NCBI RefSeq assembly: GCF_009914755.1
Contig: NC_060937.1
Reading direction: 5' to 3' (one strand)
Source of the DNA: the human T2T-CHM13v2.0 reference genome, Homo sapiens
Length of the DNA: 64,000 nucleotides
Shown: positions 14,160-29,016 of the stretch, in pieces
Layout: each line of letters begins with the position of its first letter
How positions within the stretch are numbered: the first letter of the stretch is position 1
Notes under the pieces: generated by a model
Database searches by the model: none
The model's input: only the letters and a program-made list of their open reading frames with translations
Told to the model about the DNA's origin: nothing
Position numbers and translations under genes: made by a program

Positions 14160-14258
14160 GGCCTAGGACATGACTGCACACTGCTGGAGACTTGAGGAAC
14201 ACTGTACACTGAAGCTACACTAAATGTGTAAAAAATATTTTTCCTTCTTCAGTCATAA

Positions 14259-14604
<346 letters not shown>

Positions 14605-16947
14605 CTTTTTTTTAAAACTCTTACTTTTTCATAATAACACAGCTTAAAACACAAAACATTACACAGAAGTACAAAAATATTTTTTATGTCCTTATTCTAT
14701 AAGCTTTTTCTATTTTGAATTTTTTTGTTTTTTTTTACTTTTTCAACTTTTTTCTTAAAAACCAAGATGCAGACAAACACATTAGCCTGGGCCTACACAT
14801 AGCCAGGATGATCAATGTCACTGTCTTCCACCTCTACGTCTTGTCCCACCGGAAGGTCTTCAGGGGCAGGAACACACAAGGAGCTGTGATCTCCTGTGAT
14901 AACAATGCCTTCTTCTGAAATACTTCCTGAAATACCTGCCTGAGGTGATTTTACAGTTAACTTTTCTTGTAAGTAGGACTACACGCTAAAATAACGATAA
15001 ATAGTATAGTAAATACCTAGTATTTACATATATACATAATATATACATACATATATTACATTAATTAATTATATTACATTAATATATACATATATATTAC
15101 TATGTATGTATGTATTACTATTACATAGTAAAAACCCAATAACACAGTCATTTATTATCAAGGATTATGTACTGTACCTAATTGCATGTGCTATACTTTT
15201 AGATGGCTGGCAATGCAGTATGTCTGTTAACCCCAGCACCACCAAAAACACATGAGTAACGTGTAGCAGGACAATGTCACAAAGGCTAAGACATCAATAA
15301 GCAACAGGAATTTTTCAGATCTATTATAACCTTATGGAACTACTGTCATAGATGAGGTCTACGATCAACCAAAACATCATTATGGGGCTCATGACTGTAT
15401 ATTTACAGTGGACACCTGGCAGGCCAAGAGAAAATCCGGGCATAAAATAACCCCAAAATATCAGAAAACATATCCCACTGAACGATTTATAAATCAAAAG
15501 GAGTCAGGTCTTTCCACTAAGTACACTTATAAGAACCACTAAAAAAATCTTTATATTTATTTTATTAAACATAATGCCCAACTTTTTGGCAACTTACAAA
15601 GCGGTTTCGCCTGTTCTTATCCTATTCTTCACTCAACAGTTATGTACTGAGTGCCAGGTGTAGTTCCAGAAACTGGGGATGCAGCAGTGAACTAACTAGA
15701 CCAAAATCCCCATCTTTGAGGAGTTAATGTTCTATTAATGGGAATGCCTCTTCAAAAACTAAGAACGGACCAAACACTAATGACGGCAGCACACTTCTCA
15801 TCTCCTAAAGTAACTGCATGAAACAAGGAGAAACAGAATGAACCCCAACTATACACACAGGTGCTCCTTCCCAGCAGGAGGTCGACGTCACAGTTAGTGG
15901 TGACGCGCTGAGGGGGTATCAAGAATGAAGCTACAAGGGACCACAGTTCAAGGCAGTGGGGAGAACTCTGTGAAGTCAACCAATAGCTACAACCAATGAT
16001 TCTGGTGACAGTCAAGCCCTTTGGGATGGCCAGATTCCTGTGGAACAGCCCAGGCAGCTCCCGAGGGGATATGTCGGGGGTGTCAGAGTGTTGTAAAAAG
16101 AGGGGGTTTCTAGTCTGAAAAGGCAAACTACAATTAGTTTAATTTATCCTTTGACATAAATATTGTCTTGAAATTTCCATGAGTTTTTTGTTAAAAGCAT
16201 TGGGCTAAGAGACTGAAATAACTTTTCTGTTCAAGGAGAGTGATGGAGGACAGAAATCAAAACCTAATGTGCACAATAAAGACCTCAGCGTCCCTGGAAC
16301 CACAAGGGCAGGCCCCAGGCATCACCGAAGAATCCAGAACTGCCCTCTGAGGCTCTCGAGGTCTGAGGCCCTTCTGCCCCTTTTGTGATGGGCCCCACAC
16401 ATGGCACCACCGGACTGCATCAATGGCTGACCATCCCAGCGGCTGTTCTGCAGACACACTGAAAGCTGCAATTCCCAAAGGGTTTTCTGGACCACAGAAA
16501 CGGGGGCATCCCCTCTGTCCTTGAGCCTTCCAGTCCTGAAAGTCCAAATCTTAGATTTATCCAGACTCTTGTTAACTGCAGTAATACAGAGTAATGGCAA
16601 GGCTCACAAATGGATGGTACTAGAAACCAAAACTGTCAAGTATCACGTTCCCCTGCATTCCTGACGGACCCACACTTCCTGACTTCCGTAGTTCCATCCC
16701 AGCATAGCATATTCTCAGCCTGCCAGTTTCCCAATGATCACGCCCTGTCCTTCACCTGATGACAGTGAATGTTCCAGCTGTTACTCAACAGTTCCCAGGC
16801 AAACTCATAGAATGGATTCGTCTCCACGTGAGAATGTCAATAGTTCTTCCCCTACTTTCTTTAAGATTATTTCATTTTATATTTCACATTGACAGACAAA
16901 ATTGTATGTATTTACTATGTACAACATCATATTTTAAAGTGTATACA

Positions 16948-17181
16948 CAGGTTGGGTGTCTCTGATCCAAAAATCCAAAATCTGAAATGCTTCAAAATCT
17001 GAAACTTTGAGCACCAACATGATGCTCAAAGGAAACGCTCGCTGGAGCATTTTCAGTTTCAGACTTTTTTGGATTAGGAATGTCCAACTGGTAAGTATAA
17101 TGCAAATAGTTCAATCTGAAAAAATCCCAAATCCGAAATGCTCCTGGTTCCAAGCATTTTGGATAAGGTATCCTCAACCGG
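16948..17181. mobile_element. Tigger4a/MER46-type MITE inserted in an old L1M fragment
   Basis: caggttgggtgtc...tatcctcaaccg terminal inverted repeats; aaatctgaaatgct internal motif. Confidence 0.75.
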
Positions 17182-17707
17182 TACACTGTGAAATGACTGA
17201 ACCTGGCCAACTAACATATGCATTACCTCGCACAGTTATCATTGTTGTGGTATTCTCCTAATTTCTAATATCTGTCATGGTTCCACTGTTATTTGGAACC
17301 TATACCAGTTCCTGTCCAATCCCTGAGGCAGCAATAAAATGTAAACGCAAAAGCTGTTGAAAAGACCACACAATCTATATAATATTTGTGGTTCTATAAT
17401 ACTTACAAATGCTAAAGGAAATGTGGTCAAGGAAGAAACAGTAAGATATTTATCCTACCTCCAGCCCTTCAATAATTAAAATTACTCCAGCTCATTTTGC
17501 ACCCAGGAAAAGACCATTTGGCTCAAAATTGCATGATTCATCCTTCCTTTGAGATGCAAAATACTCTGAGAAAAGGCTACAAACTCCTTCTGTGCTGTGC
17601 ACTGCAAAAGGCTAGAGAAAGCCATTCTAACCAACTGGTGTAAATCTAATGATGGCTCCAAAAGGGGCAACGAGAGAGGCCGGGAGGACAGAGTCGGGGG
17701 CTGCAGT

Positions 17708-17903
17708 GCAGTGGCTCTCAACTGGGGGTGACTCTGTCCCTGAAGGACATCTGACAATGTCTGGAGACATTTTAGGTTGTCGCAATTGAAGGATGGTGGT
17801 CAACTAGCAGGCAGAGGCTAAGGATACAGCTAAATCCTACCATGCACAGGGCAGTTCCCTCAACAAAGAATGATCCATGATGTGCCAAGGTAGAGAAAGC
17901 CTG
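17708..17903 (+). mobile_element. MER20
   Basis: cagtggctctcaactggggg...gacaatgtctggagacatttt...gctaaatcctaccatgcacag. Confidence 0.8.
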
Positions 17904-20664
17904 CCTTACCGTGTGCAACGGTGGACGGCAAAATGTTCTACAAATTTACTTAAGTGGGTTTTTTGATGTTTCACTATTTAAATTGTAATATTAAAAATTA
18001 CAAATATTGTCTGCAAAATAGGCACAAACATATTTACAGGAAAGCGAAACTCTGTCATCACGCCCCTGGAGAACACCCTCGATGTCCCTGAACCAGATAG
18101 GAGAATAACTAAGAAGAAACAGGGGAAGAACAGCAGTAAAGGATGAAAAGACGTAGGAGACGAAGACAAGTTTCCCATCGCAATGAATCCAGGCTCTGGT
18201 TTCTAAGAGTGAAACTGACAGCTTGTCCAACTGTTGGGGATGCCTTCGCCCTGCAGGCAGCATGGAGAAGATGGGCAGCTCGAAGAGACGGGACTGCCAG
18301 CACTACCCTGTGCTGTCCATGGGTCTCCCAGCACATGCAGGGATACCCATCCCCACTTTATGGATGAGATGCTGATGCTCAGGAAAGGTAGCTCAACTCT
18401 GAAACTAAGGCACCACTGCCAATTTATTAAAAAGTCCTCCTGTCACAAAAAAGACAGGGTTTTGGTGCTCCTGGGGGAAGGCCATCTTTAGCCGGTGAGA
18501 GGCAGTTTTCACCATGGGGAGGGCAGCTTCTCTCCAAGTGATGCTCTGCCGGCCAATGAGAATTTAAAAACACCAAGTCCTAAGCTCGGAGAGCTGGAAG
18601 GACCACACAGTCACGGAATGCCAGAATCCTCTCAAGATGGTAAAAGGAAAACCATGACTAACACAGGAAAATAGTGGGGAGAAAGAGGAAGGGAGGACAA
18701 GGGCTGGAGGAAGGGGTGGTCTGGAAGAATACACTGATTTTCCACTCAGTCATTTCCCGCCTTCCATTTGACATGCTCTCACCAACTATCCTGCACAGCT
18801 CACCTCTGGCTCAGCCAACAATAAATGCACCCGTGAAGTCAGTTATAGGCCCACTGACAATAATAATAACAAAGGCTAACACTGCTATTAAGTGCCTACG
18901 ATGCACCAGTGCCCTCTCCTAAGGCACTTCTTCTTAAATGAGTATGTAATCTCATTTAATACTTAAGCCAAGCCTTTGAAGGTTATACAGCTGTTACAAT
19001 TGCTTCACATGTGAAAAAACCAGCTGCATAAAGTAGGTTCTATGAAGCGGAATCTCGGCTCAAACCTCAGTGTGTGCGTCTAACTCTAAATCCACGATGC
19101 TCCATTATTTTCAATACTACTGAAACTCTATGCCAGACTTATAATAGCTCCCCTAGGGCAAGAGCCATAATGAAATTATAGTACAAGTTTAATTAGATGC
19201 AAGGACGATCCTCCCACTTAGCAAATGCAGTCAGAGGCAATGGGATGAGGAGGCACAGGTCCTGAGGAAGACATTGATATCAATCCCTGCTCAACCATGG
19301 ACTAGCTGAATAAGCCTGGGCAAATTACTCTGAATCTCAATATCCTGCCTTCTCCAATGCAGAAAATACTGCTACATTCACAGAATTATTTAAGAAAATA
19401 AATAGAGATTACATATATAAATATATTAAGCACTTTTCAAAAGAAATACATTCTTAGATAATTTCTTTGAATAAATGACATGCTTCCAGAAATACTTTCC
19501 CTCCATTACATTCTGTTCTTCAACTGCACTGGCTTGTAGCTGGCATTCTGAAATTTCTCTGCCAAATAGCTAATAAACTACACAAAGAGATAAATGCAGC
19601 CAGGGGGAGCTGCTATTTAAAGAAATCCTCTAGTTTAAGTGAAGAATTGTTTGATGTGTGAATAATCAGCTCTTAATTAATGGTTTGTCAATATTTTTAA
19701 AGAATTATCTAATTAATGAGCTAACTGGGCAGACTGTGGCATCCATCCTGAATTAGGATATTGATGTTTCTGTCTGCCAGTGACTTAACCCAAAAGAGTA
19801 TAAAATACAGACCTTTCCAGTGAGGAGGTGACTATGTTACTGAGAAGATAAGAGAGCTGCTCATGAAGATGCATGAGTACAATACAAACAATACAAATAC
19901 AATACAGCAGGGTAATCTCAAGATGGCCAGCAGAGAGAGAAAGGAGGCCTGGGGAGTACTTCAGGGCAGGGCCAACAGACCCAGCAGGCGTTCCCAGAAC
20001 AGGGCCTGGAGGAGCACAAAGGGTTCAAGGAGCACCAGGGCATTGGCCTCCCAAGAGGTGGGGAAGAGGGGGCCTGCTGTTGATGGTCTAGGCCCACCTT
20101 CTCCAGGACCTCTTATAGGTCTATGACGGTCTTCCTTAAACACACTTACACACTTTGGTCCACACTTGTACACTCTCCAGTGACTCAGTAAATCTGATCC
20201 ACATACCTTTATACTCAGGATCCCTTTCTGCCATCTGCCAGGACACAGGTGGATCTCAGTCCACCACACACAAAAAGAAGCCTCTGTGCACCTACTTATG
20301 CCCTGGAGAAAAGCCCGGGAAAGACAGTGTCCCTCAAACATGCCCGGTGGGCTCCCCCAGGATGCAGACAGTAGCCCACCTTACCATTTCCCTGCTCCCA
20401 GTTCTCGGGCAGCCTCTTCAAGTTATCCCCATCCTGCTCCTCTTATCCAAAGCTTCCTAACGCAGCAGCATCTATACAGAGAAGGGATCCTGCGGTTCTG
20501 GGCCAAGGAACCATCACCCTGTCTAGACTCTCACACCTCTCAAAAGGCAGTGAGTTCGATCATTACTAACCCACCTCTTTGCTGAGTCAAAGCCAAAGTT
20601 ATTTATCCTTTCTGGGGCCTAAGAGATGGTGTGGACTGTTTCGCCAAAACCCAAGAAAAGGATG

Positions 20665-21380
20665 GCAGCAGCGATGGTTGTACAACAATGTAAATGTAGT
20701 TAATGTGATTGAACTGCACACTTAAAAATGGCTAAGATGGTAATTTTTGTTCTGTGTATTGTCCCACAATTAAAAAATACTTACAATTCAAAACGGAAGA
20801 ACAAAACAACTAAGAAGATTCCTCAAAAAGTGCACAGAGGTACAATACAGCAATTCCATTAAGGTCAATGCTCAAGATAAAGGAAAGCAAGTGTCCACAT
20901 GAAAATGTACACCAATGTTCACAGTAGCATTATTCATAATAGGCAAAAAGCAGAAACAACCCAAACGTCCATCGACTGCTGAATGGATAAACGAAATGTG
21001 GTACATCCAGACAAAGGAATATTATTCAGCCATAAAAAGCAATGACATTCTGACATATGCTGCAACACGGATGAACCTTGAAAACACGATGCTAAGTGAA
21101 AGAAGCCAGACATAAAGGGTCACATTCCGTGTCATGCCACTTATATGAAATGTCCAGGATAGAGATAAAAAGGAAATAAGTGGTTGTGTACGGCTTGGCT
21201 ACGGGTGGGGAATGACTGTTAATGGGTACGAGTTTCCTTTTAGGGGTGACGAAAATATTCCAGAATTAGGGCGATGGCTGCATAATCCTGTGAATTTGCT
21301 AAAAATCACTGAATTTATACTTTCAATAGGTGAGCTTTATACTATGTAAATCAGATTTATAAAACTATTTTTTGTAAAAA
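20665..21380 (+). mobile_element. L1MB-type 3' fragments
   Basis: aatgttcacagtagcattattcataat...gaaccttgaaaac...gctaagtgaaagaagccag; ORF 20915 (MFTVALFII...) is a decayed ORF2 end. Confidence 0.85.
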
Positions 21381-23204
21381 AAGTCAAGAGGAGCCCTATC
21401 CAAAGGGACCCCAGTATAGTTTTCCCACTAACCATGACAGGCAGATTTGAACTTGAACTTCTATTCAAGTTCGGTTGCTAAGGCAGCACTTTCTCCCACA
21501 TACTTTAATTCTGCTTCAAGTCAAAACTCTACCACCCCACTCCCCTAGAAATCAATCATCATGGCTCCAGTTGCCGTTGGTAAGAGGCTCTCCACTCTAC
21601 TTGCACAAGCTATTTATTACATGTAACCGTCATTCTGCTTTGAGAGTTTCACGAGGGTGAAATTAGCTCCTATTTGATAAACTCTCCCTACAACTGCCGC
21701 CTCATCTTCTGGTGTTCTGTTACATTGCAAATACAAGCTCCTGTTTTAATACGCAGCTTAAATATTTCATGGTGACAGGGCGCAGAATAATAAAAATGGG
21801 GCAGGTTGCAGCATTTTTTGGTTTAAATAATGCCATACACGTGGTTTTTAAGCTTTTAGGTCAAAACAGGGTGTGGGGGAAGGGAAGCCCTCTCACTCTG
21901 TGGATACCTATGGTCCAGGATCTCAAAAAGAATAGGGTGGCTTACATAGGTAAGCAGAAGAGTAAAAGCTCATCAGGCAGTCAAAATGGAACAGTCTGTT
22001 AGCCCAGCCCAGTATTTCCTAAGGCCATCAGGGCTCACTACCAGGGCAAAAAAGTCATCCGGGAGGATAGGAAAAGACATGCCCAACTCAGTGAGTGGGA
22101 GACAAATTTTGGGATGCTTCCCACACTGAATGTTCGGAATGCTCAAAGGGCTTGGCCGCAGCCTTTTCTCTGCCAAGGCACACCTGACAGGTAAGCTCCT
22201 GCCACACTCCTGGGTGTTTACAAGCTGCTGGGTACAACTCCCTGCAGGCGGGCATCCCTCCCACGGATGCAACCCGGACAGTGCGGCAGTTCTAAAGAAG
22301 CCCACAAAGACAAATAAGTCTCGGGTGTGGCCAGGAGCTCGGGAGAGCAGCACAGGCTCAGGCTCAAGGAGACTGACAGCCAGTAATTACCAAAGGGAAT
22401 TAAGCAAGCTCTTGCAAGTCTTGGCCTCTTTTTTTTTTGGACTTAATTTGTTCTCCTGGGCCTAAATCACTAGCTGTGTTGCTGGAACGTGCATGCCCTT
22501 GAGGGTGAGGTGGCCCTAACTTCTAGGAGGGATTGACTCCAAAGAGCTCCCACCCAGGGGACAGCTCTTCACAGAGGGGCAGGGTGGGCAGGCACCCCAC
22601 ATGCCTGGCACCTGCCAGTCAGGACTCCATCGAAAAAATGGCTCTGCCCTCTTGTTTTCTCCTCTAAACTTACACAAAACTTCTCAAAGTGCTGAGAATA
22701 TTTTCATCAATGTGAAATGCTCCCAACAGGCTACATCTAAAACGTGGGATAATCAAGGAATGTGGTGTTGGGGAGGAGTGAGCTGATCTAATCCACTCCA
22801 GACCACAGTCTACCCCGTACCTCTTCTGTGAGGTTCTGCTCTGTGTGGTATGGACACTGTCCCTTATAATATTTCTCCTTAAAGGAATCCATCTTTTAAT
22901 AATTTAGGCAAATTTTTAAAAAACCACGACGATGTATTACTCTCATAAATGGAGCACCACCAAAATTACCTGGAATCAGGTCTTAAAACTCACATCCACC
23001 ACTCAGCCTGCGAGAGCCAACTGTTTCCTGGAGGGCCCCGCGTAGCTACAACTATGGGTAGTGAACTCTTAAGGTGCTAGTCATCTATTTTTCCTAATAC
23101 ACATTAGAACTCACATACCATTAAAATAAAAACGCATGTGCATTCCCTAAAATCACCTTGCACACAGCAGTGCACAAAGCACACAGGGGAGTGACGATCT
23201 AGTC

Positions 23205-23422
23205 CAGGAGCTGACACACAATGGCGCTTCGCCCACTTTTGTATTGACCATGAATTATGAATGATTTTTATTTGTAAAAGATTGTGTTTTTAAAGAAGGG
23301 GAAGGAGAAAAAAGAGAAAGAAGAAAAAGGAGATGATGATCATGAGACTGAGACCTTGTGTGGCCGCAAAGCCTAAAATATGTGCTACCTGGCCCTGTAG
23401 ACCACTTGCTTGATAAGCCCTG
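23205..23422 (+). mobile_element. MER58-like hAT MITE
   Basis: tgtggccgcaaagcctaaaatatgtgctacctggccct end motif. Confidence 0.55.
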
Positions 23423-25154
23423 ATCAAGTCCGTCCCTTTATTTTACCACAGGGCAACTCAAGTCCTAATACACCAAGTGACTCAGACGCGCCTGAACACA
23501 GGTCTCCAGGCTTCTAAGCAAGCGAAGGAAGATTACCCAACAAGCCACCAGCTTAAATTCATCAAAACGGGTCTCTGTCCAGTCACTTTGATTCCATTTT
23601 AAGAACGGACTCCTATCTAAAGCAAAGAAAAATGTGGGCTGCACAACTCATCTGACTTGTTTTTGTCCTCAGCTCAGCCGAGGGCACCTGGCTCTCTGCC
23701 CCATGTCTGAAATCGCATCCTGTTTGCCCCCAGAGCCACTCCCTGCCTTCCCCACTACGAGGCCCACCTGTATGCATCCCGAGCTCTCTGGGCACTGGCA
23801 GGGAGGAGTGAGGCGAAGGAGGACCCTCTCTGCGGGCTGTCTCATTGGAGATCGGCCCTTCACCAAGCCAGGTGCAGCCTCAAAACCATCCCTTCCCCTC
23901 AGGTTGAGGGTGTTAGAAGTGGTTAGGGCCCCCTCACTACTCCAGGCTGTGAACCCCCTGCCCTGCCTTTGTAAAAAGTCACTTTATTTAAACTCACCTC
24001 AAACTGCCCATCCTGAGAATGCACTCTGCTCCCTGCAGGGCCCCTGATGGCAACAGCCTTAGGGGCAGTGAGCTCTGGATGTCTGCAGCTACCAGGCCCA
24101 CTGCAAGTGTGAGGGCTTGACCTCATGAGGCGGGGGCTGCAATAATCACATGATAGCCCTCCTCCTTCTAAATCGAGCTCCTAAGGACACCAGATTAATC
24201 ACCACTAGCCCATTCTCAAGAGTACCCACAGTGAGTCTAGTGATAGGTTACAACAACACATTGCACTATCAAGACAGATTTTTAAAAAATTCTTCAATGT
24301 AATGCAATAACATCTGAGCAGCTGGTATGCAGCAGACACTGTGCTAGGTCTTTCACATACCTAGAAAAGCAACCATCAGTCCTCATTTCATAAATGAGAA
24401 CACTGAACCTCAAAGAGTTTCAGCGGTGCTTATCAGAGCTCTAGGAGGCTGAGGCAGGAGTCGCCCCAAAGGCCCGCAGATCCACCTCCATGGCTGGCCA
24501 GGCTCCAACCAGCAAACAAAGCACACGGCTGCTGGCTAGCCTGGCCACAGACGTCCTGGTCACATTACACAAATTAAAAGAAAAACAGAACCAGAAACAA
24601 AAGTTTTCTAACATCATACAGAACTCCCTGAATGCCACATTCACATAATCACATTACCTGGGTGGGCCAGCAGGTGAAATTACCTAGCAGCTCCCCACCT
24701 GCCTGTGAATCCTGGGGAAGCTCATTCACATGTTCCTCTGGCATTAAACGAATGGCTGCTCTGCTATGTGCAGTGGTCCCTCTGCTGAACCTCCTCTGCC
24801 CCGAACTCAGCATGGAGGAGGAGGCCACGGCCTGCCACGTGCCTGGGTACAAAGGCCTAGCAGTTTGCATCAAGCAACGTTATTGACTTGCCATTGAATA
24901 GAAAAATTCTTTCCATGTCCCATTTCATATTTGCTCACGGATCTGATGAGGAATCAGAAGCCCTGCCCTCGCTGTGTGAACTTGAACAAGTTACGCTATG
25001 TTGCTGTTTCAGTTCTACCATCTGAAGCGGGGATAATGACAGTGTCACCCACACCCGCCCCCCTACCTCCATCTTGTTCCTCCTGTGAGGCTCAAGAGAC
25101 AGTGAGACAGATAGAAGTTAAACTCTCAGGTTAAACTGGATTCAAAACATGATG

Positions 25155-25462
25155 GGACCGGGCACGGTGGCTCACGTCTATAATCCCAGCACTTTGGGAG
25201 GCCAAGTCAGGCGGATGGATGGCTTGAGCCCCGGAGTTGGAGACCAGCCTGGGCAACATAGCAAAACCAAGTCTCTACAAAATACAGGAAAAAAAAATTA
25301 GCGAGGGATGGTGGCTTGTGCTTATAGTCCCAGCAACCAAGGAGGCTGAGACGGGAGGATCACTTGAGCCTAGGGAGGTAGAGGTGGCAGTGAGCCATGA
25401 TCATGCCACTGCACTTGGGTCTGGGCAACAAAGAGAGACTTTGTCTCAAAAAAAAAAAAAAA
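25155..25462 (+). mobile_element. AluJ
   Basis: Full diverged Alu with A tail. Confidence 0.9.
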
Positions 25463-25707
25463 GATGGGCAAGTTATTTAATTTCTTTGAGTCTCCCTTTT
25501 CTCCTTTGCAAGATGAGGAGGTTTCAATGAATTTATATATGTAAAGCACTGCAGAGCACCTGGTGCATAGTATGCGCTATATGTTAACTATATTACTATT
25601 ATTAGTTTCTTAATGTATAAGACATCTCATTAGTAGCCAACTTATAAAGTGCTGTGAAGATTAAGTACCCAAAATGATAACTGTTTTTGCCATACCATAT
25701 GAAGGTA

Positions 25708-25781
25708 TTAGGTTGGTGCAAAAATAATTGCAGTTTTTGCCATTAAAATAGCAAAAATTGTATTTTGTAATCACCAAAGTA
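25708..25781. mobile_element. MADE1 (Hsmar1 MITE), right arm degraded
   Basis: TTAGGTTGGTGCAAAAATAATTGCAGTTTTTGCCATTA matches the MADE1 left arm. Confidence 0.75.
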
Positions 25782-28186
25782 CTATACAAATATACAGTTT
25801 AAAAAATAAAATAAGGTTATTGTTTGATGTATTTCCATCTGCCCTGATTCAGATGGTGGAAGACTTGAGGGCTGTTGCCCAGAAATATTAAAATTGACTT
25901 AAAACTATTACAAACATAAACAAAATGGGAAAATTATAAAAACATAACATAATGACATTTTATGGCCGATTTTAATTTTAAAACATTTAAACATGTAAAG
26001 GTCCCAGGCTCTATAGCATCAACCACCAAAGCCCTTGGCGGTGCCTGAATGCAGGGTGGTGAAGAGCTGGCCATGGCTGTGGCCTTTCTAGATCGCAATG
26101 AAGTGACCATCAGACATCTGCCGGGGGTCCTCACTCATGGATAGTCCCGCTCACCCAGAGGCCTTTCCATCTCAGTTTGGCTTTTGGGCCAAATTTGGAA
26201 GCATTACACTTCATTAAGGAAATGAAAGGCTTTTGCTTTACCTATTCCACCAGAGGGGCGGCTTCTCCAATTTCTTCCACTCTGAACTCAGGCGGAAAAG
26301 GATTGCCCAGTCCAGAGCCGCTTTCCTCCTTCCAGGAGGTCTGGACACTCACAAAGCCCAGTTATTTGTTTTGCAAACTGTGTATACATTGAATGGAAAT
26401 GTTTGTTTTCCATATCCCGCTTTACGTCTCTAAAGACAAATGATTAAAGAATCATTTCAAGGGCATTTTTTGTTTTGCTCATCCCCTCCAACCTGCTTGT
26501 ATTAAGCAGCCTCACTTCCTGCCTTTTAACTTACATTTCTGTCCACCTATCATCCACTCTTCTTTGTTGACCTTTGCGTGTACAGTGTTGCTTCAAAAAC
26601 CTTCAAAGGAAAGGTCAAAGTGAAATGTCACAAGGGAAGCAGGCCTGATGGTCAGTGGCCAAGGAGGCACCAATGCCCAGGTCTGAGGCTGCCTGTGGCA
26701 TGCATGACACTGCCCCAAAACGCAGGTGGTGAGGGTGCAGCGGCCGCCTGTGGGTCCCAAGCGCGACTCCAAGTGCGACACGCTGTCTAGGCCATCTGGT
26801 CCCACACCAAGTCACATCTGTGCCCAGAGAAGCCCAGTGGACCAGTGCGGGCCCCCCAGCCCTCAGGGCAGAGCCAGGACGCTTCACACAAGAGTCACTC
26901 ATTGGATTTTCTACTCCACGCACACGCTGTCAATAATGGCAGGCGCCACCTAAAGGGGCAGGTGCCAGTGTAATTTAACAGGGGAGAAAAAGTACAGAGG
27001 CCACCCAGGAGGATGCTGGAAAGACAGAGGGTGGGGAGTGGGAAGAAACACTCAGGACCCGCGGCACCAGGGCGTGGGACTAGAACGAAAAGCAAGAAGA
27101 CCATGTGAGGGGCAGGGGAGGAAGGACTGGCCGGATGCCATCAGTTATCATCAATATGAAGGGAATGAGCCCAAGGTAACTCTGAAATCCTAAACTTGGA
27201 TTTGGAAGCACTGAATCTGAGCTGAGGGTGGCCCTCAGTAAGGCACTGTGGCCCTACCACTCTGGTTCCCCCAGTCGTTCTCTGCCCTAGTTTGTAATCT
27301 ACAAAGTGATCAGAAGCTCATAAAACATGGGCACGAGCACTACAGTTGACCAGCACTGGGCGGGGAAGGTGATCCTGGGAAACCTGCATGGGACTGTGCA
27401 CACCAACCACACCAACCAGAAGCAGCCAACACACACAACCGCAAGGGCCAACTCAACATGGTAATCAACATCTAAAGCTGCACAATTTGATGGAGGAAAA
27501 CTCCACTTGGAAGGGATAAGTGGTCCAGGAGAAACAGAGACAGAAGCTCAAAGCTGTCAGATCTGCCACAGACAAGTGGCTGGTAAATACAAGAAACCTT
27601 TCTTGAAAATGCAGATAGCAAATAATCTATCCTGGAGAGAATAATGTCACGAAACATGAAAAATGTAAATGGTTTATTTGTGCTCTAAAAACACAATGAT
27701 TTAAACTGAAGGTCACTCAGGACAATATTGTCATCAAAAAATTCTTTGGTGATGACATATATCTGATAAAATATTTATATTCCTAAATGACAGTCAAAAT
27801 ATCCTCGGATCAAAAAGCAGTCTTGCCACATGTCCTGTGTCCAACAGAACAGATAGAACTATCTGGCAAGCAGGTGGGGCTGTGAGAATCTGAAACGAGG
27901 AACTTGGATGTGGAGCACACCCAGAGGCACGTGTTGCCGGGAGTGAGATCCCTGGGAGAAAAGAAGGCAGCTGTTACCAGAATCGCGGGGAACACCACAC
28001 TCTGGCAGCTGAAGGAGGAAGTAGCACACAGATGATGGGGAGGTGCAATTCTAGAGTCCAAAGGCAGACGGACTTCTCTAAAGCCAGAGAGTGTCTGACT
28101 CTGTGTGTCTGCCTTAAGGCCCACATCGTCCCCTTTCAAAGTGCACCAGGAGCCACAAAAGACAATGTGACTGGATGGTAACTTAG

Positions 28187-28421
28187 CAAAGAGCTGTCAG
28201 ATCAAATACAGGACTGCCCAGTTAAATCTAAATTTCATGTGAATGACCAATAATTGGTTAATGTAAGTATGCCCCAAATATATCACAATGATGTCCCAAA
28301 TATTGCCAACAAATAATCTTTTAGTATAAAAAAGTTATACTAAAAAAAGTATCCATTGCTTATTTATAATTCAAATTTAACTGGGCATCCAGTATTTTTA
28401 TTGCTAAACCTGGTAACCCTG
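28187..28421. mobile_element. MER53 palindromic hAT MITE
   Basis: tacaggactgcccagttaaat...aaatttaactgggcatccagtat inverted arms; tgctaaacctggtaaccctg end. Confidence 0.75.
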
Positions 28422-28883
28422 GTTTGGTACTGACAGCTCAGGCCTCAGGCCTGAACACCTCCCCTTTGCCCAGCACCTTTCTAGCCGCAGACCATGAACC
28501 CTGACTTCCACAGGCATTTCTGCGTACCCAGCTACTAACAAGCAATGACTCCATTCTTTGACAAGCTCTCTCACATGCTGAAAACAAAGAAAGCCTCCTT
28601 CAACAGACCCAGAAAATTAGAGAATCTGTAGAAAGGAATGGCCAATCGTATTAAATGTTTCAGAGACACCACAGGGGGTGAGGACTGAGACAAAATCAGG
28701 ATATTGTCTAATTCAAGAGAGAGGAAATTGAAATTGTGAGCAGTTTTAGTAGAATAGTAGGAGCTTAGTTTACAAAGGGATGAAGATAGATGGTAAGAGT
28801 GTGACATTCTCTTTCATTCACTTAATCATTAAAAAACAGGGTTCTTGACCAACTGCCTGTGTTATCACTCTAGCTGTGGGAGA

Positions 28884-29016
28884 TGCCTTGCAACTTCCAG
28901 AAAGGCCTACAGAGCTCCCCATTCAGAGCTGAAAGTACATTTTTTATTAATTTTCACCAAATATCACTGACGCTTAATGTTGCCTAGTGCTCACGTGAAC
29001 AAGAACACGAACTCAT
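28884..29016 (+). repeat. 133-bp direct repeat, copy 1
   Basis: 125/133 identical to 30427-30559, no indels (hand alignment). Confidence 0.92.

Noticed and set aside
12392-14209. Longest ORFs (605 aa and 550 aa, His/Ser/Pro/Thr-rich)
   Set aside because: By-product of the minisatellite, whose unit has no stop codon on the minus strand; the flanks are Tigger3b and there is no exon support.
15001-15130. AT-rich quasi-palindromic stretch
   Set aside because: Low-complexity (TA/TACA)n expansion inside Tigger3b; short hairpins are expected there.
26248-26262. CTCF-like CCACCAGAGGGGCG
   Set aside because: Mismatch at a core position; not supportable without ChIP data.
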